From: an uncultured Clostridia bacterium
Lineage (GTDB): Bacteria > Bacillota > Clostridia > Oscillospirales > Acutalibacteraceae
Direction: 5' to 3'
DNA: 64,000 nucleotides
Assembly: GCA_946182865.1 (NCBI GenBank)
Contig: CAMHAV010000002.1
Span: 744 to 64,743 of the forward strand
The stretch's first letter is position 1, and every line of letters starts with the position of its first letter. The notes below the pieces were generated by a model, which saw only the letters and a program-made list of their open reading frames with translations, did no database searches and was not told the origin of the DNA. Shown one piece after another: positions 33,745-43,240 of the stretch. The position numbers were made by a program, and so were the translations under genes.

Positions 33745-36636
33745 TTATTCCTCCACATAATTGCGTATGCTCTGAATGTAATAGGAACCGTTGGGTCTGA
33801 GCGTGAGGACATATTCCATGAATTTATAGCACTCCGGTTCTTCCTCGGAGGAGGTCAGCGTCATTTCCTCCTGACTGATGTACCCCACGACCAGCGTGAC
33901 ACGGTCGCTCTTCTGCGCCATTTTGGTAATGATCGCAGTGGGGCCCATCACGCCGCCTTCCGAAATATGGAACGTGTTTTCAATGGTATCATAATAATAA
34001 ATGGCACTGCCGTCCGATTCGCTCAGAACATTTTTGTTGAGCTGCACTTCATTGCCAAAGAGTTCCCTGCCGGCCTGCTCCACCTGATCGGCGGCAATGA
34101 CAATCTTTTTGGTCGCGTCATAGGTGTATTCGTACCCTTCGGTTTTTCTCATTTCATCAAGCACACGCCAGATGGCGCTTTCCAGCAGCATCTGGTTGTC
34201 CGCTTTTTCAATAGACTCAAAAGGTGCGGGGTCATTGAGCACCACGGGCGCAATAAATTCGGTGTATTCCGTTTTCTTTTCGCCGATACCGCCCAGATTG
34301 GTGAATCCTGTCACAACGGTTTTCACTACGCTCACGAGTATGAGCGCCGCAAATACGATTACCACCGCTCCGATAAACGCGGAAACTCTGCGGCGTGCGC
34401 GCTTGGTACGTGATGCCATTTCGTCACCGTCCTCGTCTTCGTCAAGCCACTGCTCCTGAAAATCCGCGTCGTCAAAGTCGGTCGGCAATACGACGGGGCC
34501 GTCCGGCAGCTTAAACACGGCGGTAGGATTCTCGGAGGTTCCTTTGGCGTGCAGATAAAGTGTGTCGTCCTGTCCCATGCTGATGGCAGGGTCAAGCACT
34601 TTCTGATTGTCGTCTATAATCAGTACGGATTCAAACACCCTCTCGCCGTCTTCGGCCGTCTTTTCACGCGGCTGATACGGCTTGACAACTTCGTCCTCGC
34701 CGTCGGTTTTGGTGACTTCCTGCGTGACCGGAAGTTCTTCCGAAGGCAGCTGGAGGCTGAATATGTCAATATTGTCGGGCTGTTCTTCCGGCGGAAGCGT
34801 ATCCTCGCTCTCCTGCCGCAGCACTTCGGCCAGTTCGGCGGCTTCCACCAGCTTTTCTAATTTTTCCTTGACCGCGTCCTCACCGCTGATCGGTTCTTCC
34901 TCCCGGGGGCTTTCGAGCTCTTCGGGGGCAATTACTTCCGTCTCGGCAAAGATTTCATCCTCGATTTCGGAAATGTCGATATCCACCGACACCACATCGG
35001 AGACGTCAACAGATGTTTCTTCGGACTGATCGGCCGATGTTTCAGGCAGCGTCACGGCAACCTCTGTCACGCTGCTGCCCGACGGTTCGTCGGACTGCGG
35101 CTCCACTGCCGCGTCGGACGGCTGTTCGGGTTCTTCCTCCCTGTCGTCCCCGGCTTCTTCCGCCGCGGGGGATTCTCCGGCGGCCGCAGCGTTGTCCTCT
35201 GTATGCAGAAGCGCATTGATGTCCACCTGCGGGATGATTTCTTCCTCTGTCTCGGTTTCATCTGACAACGGAGCTTCTTCCTCGTTCCCCTCTTGGTTTT
35301 CCAGTTCCATGTAGGACTCCAGCAGACGGCGGGAGAGAACGCTTGAACTGTCCTCCGGCGCAGATTCCCCGGAGACAGTCTCCTCCGAGGCGGTGCTTTT
35401 GTCGGCGTGAGGCGGCGTGATCTCATGCCTGCCTTCCGAATGATCGCTGTCAAACGCCATTGCACCGACGGCAAACTCCGCACTTTTACTGATAACATTT
35501 GCCTTGTTTACCGCTTCGCGTTTCTCACGCTCCACAGCCTGCAAAATTTCCTCGATCGTGGTCGTGCTGACGTCTTCAATCACATCCTCAGCCATACCAT
35601 CCGTCATGGTGATATTTTCCACCGATGTCTGCGTTTTCTTGTCAAAATCCAGCACGGGAATGAGATCGGACGGATGGAGCGGTCTGTTTTCCGGGACGGC
35701 AGGGGCCTGTTCCTGCGCGGTTTCCCGTGCAGCTTGTGCTTCTTGCTCATTTTCCTTGGCAATCTTATCATAGGGCAGCGGTTCGTCATCGCCAAGCAAA
35801 ACGGGTCTGACTGGCATGACGTCGTCGGAAGAAACATCTTCTCCAAAATCCACGCGCTGCTTTGGCTTTATCTTCTTGCCGTTTTCCTTATGATCGTCCG
35901 TTTCACGGGGAGGAAATGCCGCGTCATAGAATTCGTCCCAATTAACGCCGCCTTCCGGGTTTCTTGCCTTTTCGGTTTTGGCCATGCTTTCAATCGCGTC
36001 GGACATCGACGAAATATCGTCGATCATCTGCTCCGACACCGAATGTGCCGCCACGCCTTTTGCGATTTTATCCAGCGCGGCTTTTTTGGCTTCCATCTTG
36101 GCCGTTTTGGCTTTTTTGGCCGCCTCTCGGTCGGTGCGCTTTCTGCGGTGGCTGCCGCTGCGATGCGGCGGCTGAGACGCTGTTCGCGTTTCGTTCTCCG
36201 TATGGGACGCAGTCTCCTCCGGCTCCGGCTGCGCACGATAGGGCTGCGGCACGTTGTCGGTCGGCTGCGGTGCGGGAACAGGCTCCTGCGGGGCCTGCTT
36301 GGCCTGCGAGGGAAGCTGCTGATTTATCACGGTTTCGGCGGTCGCCCACTTGGGAGCGGGAATGTTGACCGTCGGGGGCACATACCCCGCCGACGCGGGC
36401 GGCCATGCAGCGTCCGCCATGCGTCTGGCTTCCTCCGCGTCCCGCGAGGACTGCACGGCAGACGCTTCGCTCATGGGACGCTTTTTCGCGTTCGGGTGAT
36501 AATTGCCGTCCGCCGAATAGCCGGTGTACGGATTCGGACGGTTGCTGTATTCTTCGCTGTAACGCTTGACAGGTTTCTTGTTTCTTTTGCGGCGGGGCTG
36601 ATTTGGATTGTTCTTCTGATTGTTATTGCTTGCCAC
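33745..36636 (-). CDS. 963-aa single-pass membrane protein with ~740-aa disordered cytoplasmic region and ~200-aa external domain
   Basis: Basic N-terminus (PRRKRNKKPVKR), then Pro/Gln-rich and long acidic tracts. One TM helix (VSAFIGAVVIVFAALILVSVV) is followed by a folded-looking C-terminal domain. It starts 18 nt after the proA stop. Confidence 0.6.
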   Translation of the reverse strand: MASNNNQKNNPNQPRRKRNKKPVKRYSEEYSNRPNPYTGYSADGNYHPNAKKRPMSEASAVQSSRDAEEARRMADAAWPPASAGYVPPTVNIPAPKWATAETVINQQLPSQAKQAPQEPVPAPQPTDNVPQPYRAQPEPEETASHTENETRTASQPPHRSGSHRRKRTDREAAKKAKTAKMEAKKAALDKIAKGVAAHSVSEQMIDDISSMSDAIESMAKTEKARNPEGGVNWDEFYDAAFPPRETDDHKENGKKIKPKQRVDFGEDVSSDDVMPVRPVLLGDDEPLPYDKIAKENEQEAQAARETAQEQAPAVPENRPLHPSDLIPVLDFDKKTQTSVENITMTDGMAEDVIEDVSTTTIEEILQAVEREKREAVNKANVISKSAEFAVGAMAFDSDHSEGRHEITPPHADKSTASEETVSGESAPEDSSSVLSRRLLESYMELENQEGNEEEAPLSDETETEEEIIPQVDINALLHTEDNAAAAGESPAAEEAGDDREEEPEQPSDAAVEPQSDEPSGSSVTEVAVTLPETSADQSEETSVDVSDVVSVDIDISEIEDEIFAETEVIAPEELESPREEEPISGEDAVKEKLEKLVEAAELAEVLRQESEDTLPPEEQPDNIDIFSLQLPSEELPVTQEVTKTDGEDEVVKPYQPREKTAEDGERVFESVLIIDDNQKVLDPAISMGQDDTLYLHAKGTSENPTAVFKLPDGPVVLPTDFDDADFQEQWLDEDEDGDEMASRTKRARRRVSAFIGAVVIVFAALILVSVVKTVVTGFTNLGGIGEKKTEYTEFIAPVVLNDPAPFESIEKADNQMLLESAIWRVLDEMRKTEGYEYTYDATKKIVIAADQVEQAGRELFGNEVQLNKNVLSESDGSAIYYYDTIENTFHISEGGVMGPTAIITKMAQKSDRVTLVVGYISQEEMTLTSSEEEPECYKFMEYVLTLRPNGSYYIQSIRNYVEE

Positions 36637-36654
36637 GGAAAGTCATTCCCCCTG

Positions 36655-37899
36655 TTATCTGATTTGACCGTCTCCCTGAATGATAAACTTGGAACTGGTG
36701 AGCTGTCGGATGCCCATCGGCCCGCGCGCGTGAAGCTTCTGGGTGGAGATGCCGATCTCGGCGCCCAGACCGAACTCCCCGCCGTCGGTGAAACGGGTGG
36801 AGCAGTTGACGTAAACCGCCGCGCTGTCTATGGAGGCGGTAAATTTCTCGGCGCTGAAATAATCCGAGGTCACGATGCACTCGCTGTGACCGGTGGAATA
36901 GCGCGCGATATGATCAATGGCGTCGTCAAGGGAATCCACGACCCTGCACGCCAGTATGTAGTCCAGAAATTCGGTTGCGTAATCTTCCTCTGTCGCGGGA
37001 ATCACGTTGTCGCCCAGAATCGCCCGTGTGCGTTCGCAGCCGCGAAGCTCCACCTGCTTGCCGTCGAGTCTGGCCTTGATGACGGGCAGCGCCTTTTCGG
37101 CGATATCCCGATGCACCAGAATCGTTTCGATGGCGTTGCACACGCTGGGACGGGAGGTCTTGGCGTTGTAAATAATATCGGCCGCCATGTCGATATCGGC
37201 GGACGCGTCGACATACACATGACAGTTGCCCACGCCCGTTTCGATCACGGGGACGGTGGAATTCTCCACCACGGCGCGGATAAGTCCCGCACCGCCGCGC
37301 GGAATCAGCACATCGAGGTACCCGTTCATGCGCATCATCTGATTGGCGCTTTCACGGGAGGTATCGGTGACCAGCTGCACGCAGTCGGCCGGAAGTCCGG
37401 CTGACGCAATCGCTTCCCGCAGCGTTTCGGCAATGGCGGTGTTGGAGTGAATGGCCTCTTTGCCGCCCCGCAGGATGCAGGCATTGCCCGATTTCAGGCA
37501 AAGCGCCGCCGCGTCGGAGGTGACGTTGGGACGCGCCTCAAAGATAATGCCCACCACACCGAGCGGCACACGCACGCGACGGATCCGCATACCGTTGGGA
37601 CGCACGCTGCCTTCCATAATCTCACCGATCGGGTCGCCCAGCGCCGCCACCTGACGGATACCGTCCGCCATGCCCGCGATTCTTTCCGGCGTGAGGCACA
37701 GACGGTCGAGCAGACTGTCGGACATGCGGTTTTGTCTGCCGTTTTCCAGATCGACCTCATTGGCGGCGATGATTTTGTCCGTCTTTTCTTCCAGCGCCGA
37801 AGCCATTGCCTTCAGCGCCTTGTTTTTCAGATGGGTATCCGCTACGCCGAGAATTCTCTCGGCCGCCTTGGCATTGCTGCCCATTGTATTAAAATCCAT
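36655..37899 (-). CDS. proA: glutamate-5-semialdehyde dehydrogenase
   Basis: The catalytic Cys context VCNAIETILVH and the length of 414 aa. AGGAGA lies 5-10 nt upstream of the ATG. Confidence 0.95.
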   Translation of the reverse strand: MDFNTMGSNAKAAERILGVADTHLKNKALKAMASALEEKTDKIIAANEVDLENGRQNRMSDSLLDRLCLTPERIAGMADGIRQVAALGDPIGEIMEGSVRPNGMRIRRVRVPLGVVGIIFEARPNVTSDAAALCLKSGNACILRGGKEAIHSNTAIAETLREAIASAGLPADCVQLVTDTSRESANQMMRMNGYLDVLIPRGGAGLIRAVVENSTVPVIETGVGNCHVYVDASADIDMAADIIYNAKTSRPSVCNAIETILVHRDIAEKALPVIKARLDGKQVELRGCERTRAILGDNVIPATEEDYATEFLDYILACRVVDSLDDAIDHIARYSTGHSECIVTSDYFSAEKFTASIDSAAVYVNCSTRFTDGGEFGLGAEIGISTQKLHARGPMGIRQLTSSKFIIQGDGQIR

Positions 37900-37918
37900 T
37901 GCGTTCTCCTTTTAAAAG

Positions 37919-38051
37919 AGTGTGAAGTGTGAAGTGTGAAGTGTGAAGTGGGAAGTGGGAAGTGGGAAGTGGGAAGTGTGAAATGTATCACTGACCACTA
38001 ATCACTCACCACTGACAGCTAACAGCTAACGGCTAATCACTGACTACTGAA
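37919..38051. repeat. heptamer array, 19 in-phase units of three flavours
   Basis: AGTGTGA x4, AGTGGGA x4, AGTGTGA, AATGTAT, CACTGAC, CACTAAT, CACTCAC, CACTGAC, AGCTAAC x2, GGCTAAT, CACTGAC, TACTGAA (indexed by hand). It spans the last proB codons through to about 10 nt before the proA RBS. Confidence 0.9.
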
Positions 38052-38854
38052 GAAACACTGTCGCGGGAGGGAACAAAGTGCGTTCCCACCACCTTGCCGT
38101 CGATGAGGTCGTAGAGATTGTGCGGGTCGCTGCCCACGATGTAGGTGTCTATACCGCAGGAACAGGCGTACTGCGCCGCTTGTAACTTGGTAACCATGCC
38201 GCCGGTGCCGCGTTTGGAACCGGAGCCGCCCGCCATTTCCTTGAGCGCGTCGGTGATTTCCAGCACCACGGGAATCTGCACCGCCGACTCGTCCTCGCGG
38301 GGATTGCGGTCGTACAATCCGTCGATATCAGTGATCAGAACCAGCGACTGCGCGCCCACAAGATTGGCGACGATAGCGGAGAGATTGTCGTTGTCCCCGA
38401 TGTTGTTGCCGGTCAGCTCGTCAATGGCAACCGTGTCGTTCTCGTTGACGATGGGGATAATCGACATTTGCAGCAGCGCGGACATACACTCGATGACATT
38501 GTTCCGGTGATGCTCGTTTTCCACGTCGTAGCGTGTGAGAAGCACCTGCGCCACCTTGATGCCGTATTCGGCAAAGAGCTTATCATACAAAAACATCAGT
38601 TCGCACTGACCGACGGCCGCCATGGCCTGCCGTCCTGCCACATCCTTGGGACGTTCCTCCAGACCGATCTTGCCTACGCCCACACCGAGCGCGCCCGACG
38701 TGACCAGCACGATCTCCCGACCGCTGTTGCACAGGTCGCTGATGACGCGGCAAAGCCGATCAATTCCGCGGATATTGGGCTTACCGTTTTCATAAGTCAG
38801 CGTGGAAGTCCCCACCTTGATGACGATGCGCTTTGCGCTCTTGATATTTGCCAA
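38033..38854 (-). CDS. proB: glutamate 5-kinase (short form without PUA domain)
   Basis: IVIKVGTSTLT N-terminus and an amino-acid-kinase fold of 273 aa. Confidence 0.9.
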   Translation of the reverse strand: MANIKSAKRIVIKVGTSTLTYENGKPNIRGIDRLCRVISDLCNSGREIVLVTSGALGVGVGKIGLEERPKDVAGRQAMAAVGQCELMFLYDKLFAEYGIKVAQVLLTRYDVENEHHRNNVIECMSALLQMSIIPIVNENDTVAIDELTGNNIGDNDNLSAIVANLVGAQSLVLITDIDGLYDRNPREDESAVQIPVVLEITDALKEMAGGSGSKRGTGGMVTKLQAAQYACSCGIDTYIVGSDPHNLYDLIDGKVVGTHFVPSRDSVSSVVSD

Positions 38855-38910
38855 AAGAAGTCACTCTCCGAAATCATTACAAACTGCATAATAAAAGTTT
38901 TTATTAAACC

Positions 38911-38939
38911 ATTATACCAAAAAACCGCCGTAAATTCAA
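38911..38939 (-). promoter_or_regulatory. sigma-A type promoter for proB (TTGAAT, 17 nt, TGgTATAAT) on minus strand
   Basis: Reverse complement of 38911-38939, about 55 nt upstream of the proB ATG. Confidence 0.6.
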
Positions 38940-39154
38940 TCGCTAAATATGCCTAAATTTGCCGCCTGTTGCCATGAAATCCACAACATATTGAACGTGA
39001 TCCGTTTTCCCTTATCCCTTATATTTAATACAGTCTATTATATCATAGGAATCGCGAAAAAGTTCATATATTACAGAACTGTTATCTTTTTTTAACATTC
39101 TGTGAAGAGAGGCTAAATTTTTACAGAACCGTCAATTCTTCGTTACATAGGCAG

Positions 39155-39183
39155 TTGACTTGCCCCATCGTGTGTGGTATAAT
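39155..39183 (+). promoter_or_regulatory. sigma-A type promoter (TTGACT, 17 nt, TGgTATAAT)
   Basis: Read directly, about 60 nt upstream of the aminotransferase ATG. Confidence 0.6.
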
Positions 39184-39243
39184 TGAAAAAATATTGACAA
39201 TCTCAATATTTCCCTTATTTTTGCAACTAAGAAGGTATCGGCA

Positions 39244-40464
39244 ATGAAAACATTCCATAAATCCCACAAGCTCGACAATGTGTGCTACGATATCCGCGGT
39301 CCGGTCATGGACGAGGCCAACCGCATGATTGCCCGCGGAGAAACCATTCTCAAGCTCAACATCGGCAACCCGGCGCCTTTCGGCTTCCGTGCGCCGGATG
39401 AGGTGATCGACGCGATGCAGTCCAACCTCACCGCCACCGAGGGCTATTCCGACTCCAAGGGGCTGCTGTCCGCACGGCAGGCGATTGCGGACTACTGCGT
39501 CAATGTCAAGCATATCGAGGGGGTCACGCCCGACGATATCTACACGGGCAACGGCGCGAGCGAACTGATCACCATGTCGATGCAGGGATTGCTCGACAAC
39601 GGCGACGAAGTGCTTGTCCCCGCGCCGGACTATCCGCTCTGGACGGCTTCGGTCACGCTGGCAGGCGGCACGGCGGTGCATTACATCTGCGACGAGTGCG
39701 CCGACTGGTACCCCGATCTCGACGATATCCGCTCCAAAATCACTCCCCGCACCAAGGGCATTGTCATCATCAACCCCAACAATCCGACAGGCGCACTCTA
39801 TCCCCGCGAATTGCTGGAGGAGATTGCGCAGATCGCGCGGGAAAACGGGCTGATTATCTATTCCGATGAAATTTACGACCGCCTGGTGATGGACGGTCTG
39901 GAACATACTTCTATTTCCTCCCTCGCGCCGGATGTCTTTTCCATTACATTCAACGGACTTTCCAAATCCCATCTCATCGCGGGCTACCGCTGCGGATGGA
40001 TGACCCTCTGCGGCGAAAAATCGCACGTCAAGGGCTACATCGAGGGACTGAACCTGCTGTCCTCCATGCGCCTTTGCTCCAACGTACCCGCGCAGTCGCT
40101 CGTTCCCACCGCCTTGAAAAACGCCTACACCACCAAGGAACTTCTCGTTCCCGGCGGCAGAATTTACGAACAGCGGGAATTCATCTACAACGCCATCAAC
40201 GACATTCCCGGTATGAGCGCGGTGAAGCCCAAAGCGGCGTTTTACATCTTCCCCAAGATGGATATGCGGAAATTCAACATCACCGACGATGAGAAATTCG
40301 TGCTGGATTTCCTGAAGGAAAAGAAAATTCTGCTCACGCACGGCGGCGGCTTCCACTGGGAAACGCCCGATCACTTCCGCATTGTGTATCTGCCTCAGCT
40401 CGATCAGTTGCAGCAGGCGGCCGAAGGACTCCGGGACTTTCTTGCGACTTACAGACAGGCCTGA
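39244..40464 (+). CDS. PLP-dependent aminotransferase, class I (AlaA-like)
   Basis: NIGNP...F motif near the N-terminus, NPNNPTGA, and the PLP-lysine context FNGLSKSHLIAGYRCGW. Confidence 0.85.
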   Translation: MKTFHKSHKLDNVCYDIRGPVMDEANRMIARGETILKLNIGNPAPFGFRAPDEVIDAMQSNLTATEGYSDSKGLLSARQAIADYCVNVKHIEGVTPDDIYTGNGASELITMSMQGLLDNGDEVLVPAPDYPLWTASVTLAGGTAVHYICDECADWYPDLDDIRSKITPRTKGIVIINPNNPTGALYPRELLEEIAQIARENGLIIYSDEIYDRLVMDGLEHTSISSLAPDVFSITFNGLSKSHLIAGYRCGWMTLCGEKSHVKGYIEGLNLLSSMRLCSNVPAQSLVPTALKNAYTTKELLVPGGRIYEQREFIYNAINDIPGMSAVKPKAAFYIFPKMDMRKFNITDDEKFVLDFLKEKKILLTHGGGFHWETPDHFRIVYLPQLDQLQQAAEGLRDFLATYRQA

Positions 40465-40507
40465 GGGACATCTTTTTCTTTCTGACGAAACAAACCTACC
40501 TGTATAT

Positions 40508-40556
40508 AAAGCACGGCAGCGTGCGGACAGGAAGTCCGCACGCTGCCGTGCTTTTT
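40508..40556. terminator. perfect 18-bp GC-rich hairpin, bidirectional
   Basis: GCACGGCAGCGTGCGGAC (40511-40528) pairs with GTCCGCACGCTGCCGTGC (40534-40551), with loop AGGAA. It is flanked by AAA before and TTTTT after, between convergent genes. Confidence 0.8.
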
Positions 40557-40626
40557 CTGTTGATCACGCAGACCTTCCACATCCGGAGTCAGCATGAACC
40601 CTATTTTCTGGGAGTCAAAACTTGTT

Positions 40627-41214
40627 TCAGGTATTGGCCTTTCGGATAATGGTTTTGGCACATTCATCCACGCTGGTAATGTTTGTGTTCAGAATAATGT
40701 CATAATACACATCTTCGTCATGGATAGAAAAGATTTTTTTCTCTTGAGGATGCTGTCTCTGAACATCAAGCGGCTTGGCGGTGTTGCTTGTGCTCAGGTA
40801 GTATTTGGAAAGATTGATCGGCGCCGAATAGACATAGGCGATACACACCGGTTCAAGTTCACTCAGGATCGCCGCGGCAAACCGACCCATAAAGATGCCC
40901 CCCTTGTTTTTGCGGTGGAGGATCCGTATGGCTTCCGCCAGCGCGTTATAGGAATGATGAACCGAGTGTTGCTCAAAACGGTTGGGATTGGAAAACAAAG
41001 AAAATATCAGACTTCCGAAGTTTTTTTCCTCAAACGGTTTCAGATAAGCCACATCCGCGCCCAGTTTTTCCGCTTCGTCAAGAATGGTACGGTTGTCAAT
41101 AAACGTCATTCCTGTTTCCTGTGAAATTTTCTGCGCTATCTCGTATCCGCTTTTTACAAATGATTCTATCACAATCGTTCTCAAATCTATAACCCCTTTC
41201 TTCCAGTATTCCAT
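40627..41214 (-). CDS. cytidylate-kinase-like family protein with degenerate P-loop
   Basis: The layout resembles the PF13189-type family (...YDIILNTNITSVDECAKTII). The usual GSGG P-loop position reads FVKSGY. The start is uncertain: ATG at 41214 avoids overlap with the helicase gene, and the ORF track gives 41253. Confidence 0.5.
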   Translation of the reverse strand: MEYWKKGVIDLRTIVIESFVKSGYEIAQKISQETGMTFIDNRTILDEAEKLGADVAYLKPFEEKNFGSLIFSLFSNPNRFEQHSVHHSYNALAEAIRILHRKNKGGIFMGRFAAAILSELEPVCIAYVYSAPINLSKYYLSTSNTAKPLDVQRQHPQEKKIFSIHDEDVYYDIILNTNITSVDECAKTIIRKANT

Positions 41215-41231
41215 ATGACCTTTGAGAAAGA

Positions 41232-42914
41232 TTATTCGTCGACCGATTCGCACCTGACGCGGCGTCCCATGATACGGGTCTTGTTGAGGGCATTCATGAC
41301 GGCGGGGGCAGCTTCCGCAGGGACAGTGAAGGCGGAGGATTTTTCCGCGATTTCGATTCGTCCGATCATGCGTCCGGGCAGGCCGGTTTCACCCGCCACA
41401 GCGCCGACAATATGCTTGGGGGCAATGCCCGCGACGCTGCCTATGTTGATGGAGAGCCTGACAACATTGGTTTCACTGCGGTCATGTCTGCCCCGTCTGC
41501 CGCCGTCCCGTCCGCCGCTCCGGCGGTTGTCGTACCTGTCGCCGCGTTCGGAACGCTTTTCCTGACGGGCGAACGCAGCGTCATCGGCTTCGGAAGGCAT
41601 GGCGGTCTTGCCGCCCGCGGTCATCTCGTATTTCAGCAGCGCGGCGGCAATCGCGGCGGGAGAGATGCCGCTTTCCTCCATCTGCTCCACCATCGCGGCG
41701 TATGGTTCGAGTCCGCCCTGTTCCACCGCGGCGCGTACCTGATCGGCAAAGCGTCTGCGGCGGCTCTCCGTCACGTCCGCCCCGGTGGGAATATACCCCT
41801 TTTTGATGTCGGCGCGGGTATAATGCATAATGCCCCGCAGCTCGCCCATTTCGCGGGAGCCTGTCACAAAGGTGAACGCCAGTCCCGACTGTCCGGCACG
41901 TCCGGTGCGCCCGATGCGGTGGACGTAGTATTCCACATCCTGCGGGATGTCGTAATTGAAAACCGCGCCCACGCCGCTCACGTCAATGCCGCGTGCCGCC
42001 ACATCGGTGGCAATGAGGATATCGACGCTGCCGCTGCGGAACGTGTTCATCACATGGTCGCGCGCCGCCTGCTTCATATCGCCGTGCAGTCCCTCCGCGA
42101 CATAACCGCGCTGCTGCATGGCGCTGGTCAGCTCGTCCACCTGCTTTTTGGTATTGCAGAAAATCATAGCGGGGCGGGGCCGGTACACATCCATCAGACG
42201 GCTGAGCGCCTCAATTTTGAGGCTGTGGGGAATCGTATAATAATACTGCTCGATCTTATCCACCGTCAGTTCTTTCTGCACCGCCTTGATAAATTCCGGC
42301 TCGCGCAGATACTGCTCGGTGATGGCGAGAATTTCGGGAGACATGGTGGCGGAAAACAGCACGGTCTGCCGCTCGTCCGGCACATCCTCAAAGATGGTTT
42401 CGATATCCTCGCGAAACCCCATGGAGAGCATTTCGTCCGCTTCGTCGAGAATGACGGTCTGTAGATCCTGTAACCGGAGGGTATGGCGGCGCATATGATC
42501 CATGACGCGTCCCGGTGTGCCGACCACGATCTGCGCGCCGGCACGCAGCAGCTTGATCTGACGCTCGATGTCCGCCCCGCCGTAAACCGCCACAGGACGT
42601 ATGCCGCGGACATACGCAGTCAGTTTGCGGATCTCCTCGCACGCCTGCATGGCCAGTTCACGCGTGGGGCAAAGCACCAGCACGCGGGGATTCTTACAGG
42701 CAGGCTGGCCCAGCAGCTTTTCAATGGCGGGAATCGCGAAAGCGGCGGTTTTTCCGGTGCCGGTCTGGGATTGTCCGATCAGATCCTTTCCTTCCATGAG
42801 CAGCGGAATGGTACGGGTCTGAATGGGCGTGGCCTCTTCATAGCCGATCTCCTCGATGGCCTGCATGATCGGCTGCGAAAGCCCCAGTTCGTTAAAGGGC
42901 AATGTCTGCGTCAT
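41232..42914 (-). CDS. DEAD-box ATP-dependent RNA helicase with C-terminal DbpA-like RNA-binding domain
   Basis: Q motif TPIQ, GQSQTGTGKT, DEAD (VILDEADEML), SAT and HRIGRTGRAG, with an RG-rich linker. Start trimmed to MTQTLPFNELG. Confidence 0.9.
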   Translation of the reverse strand: MTQTLPFNELGLSQPIMQAIEEIGYEEATPIQTRTIPLLMEGKDLIGQSQTGTGKTAAFAIPAIEKLLGQPACKNPRVLVLCPTRELAMQACEEIRKLTAYVRGIRPVAVYGGADIERQIKLLRAGAQIVVGTPGRVMDHMRRHTLRLQDLQTVILDEADEMLSMGFREDIETIFEDVPDERQTVLFSATMSPEILAITEQYLREPEFIKAVQKELTVDKIEQYYYTIPHSLKIEALSRLMDVYRPRPAMIFCNTKKQVDELTSAMQQRGYVAEGLHGDMKQAARDHVMNTFRSGSVDILIATDVAARGIDVSGVGAVFNYDIPQDVEYYVHRIGRTGRAGQSGLAFTFVTGSREMGELRGIMHYTRADIKKGYIPTGADVTESRRRRFADQVRAAVEQGGLEPYAAMVEQMEESGISPAAIAAALLKYEMTAGGKTAMPSEADDAAFARQEKRSERGDRYDNRRSGGRDGGRRGRHDRSETNVVRLSINIGSVAGIAPKHIVGAVAGETGLPGRMIGRIEIAEKSSAFTVPAEAAPAVMNALNKTRIMGRRVRCESVDE

Positions 42915-43240
42915 TCTCAAAACTTCCTCCCTATGTACGATTACGATGCGGTTTGAAATTTTACGTTTTAGAAAATTGCCCGCATCTGTTTGAAATGTCA
43001 AAAATCAGACTTGTGATTTGTACAAATTTATTATACTCCTCGTTGCGTGACATTGCAAACGGAAACTTGCGCAAATGCCAAAAAACCCGATTTTAGCCAA
43101 AATCTGCCCCATACCGCAAAGAAATTATGTCGGAAATTTTGCCGTTGGGAGGGGCTTGACAAAATCGCCCGTCTGATATAGCATATGGAATAGCAATATT
43201 TTTCCCGCATCACACATCTTATAAAAAGGAACTTGGAACC

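Noticed and set aside
35407-37404. 665-aa plus-strand ORF spanning the junction of the 963-aa gene and proA
   Set aside because: It crosses two well-supported minus-strand genes and their spacer, and its composition is Arg/Gly/Leu-rich. It is an artefact.
38855-39130. Looked for a proline T-box or other riboswitch leader upstream of proB
   Set aside because: No T-box core (GGTGGTACCGCG-like) or specifier-loop features are present. The leader from the predicted promoter is only about 55 nt.
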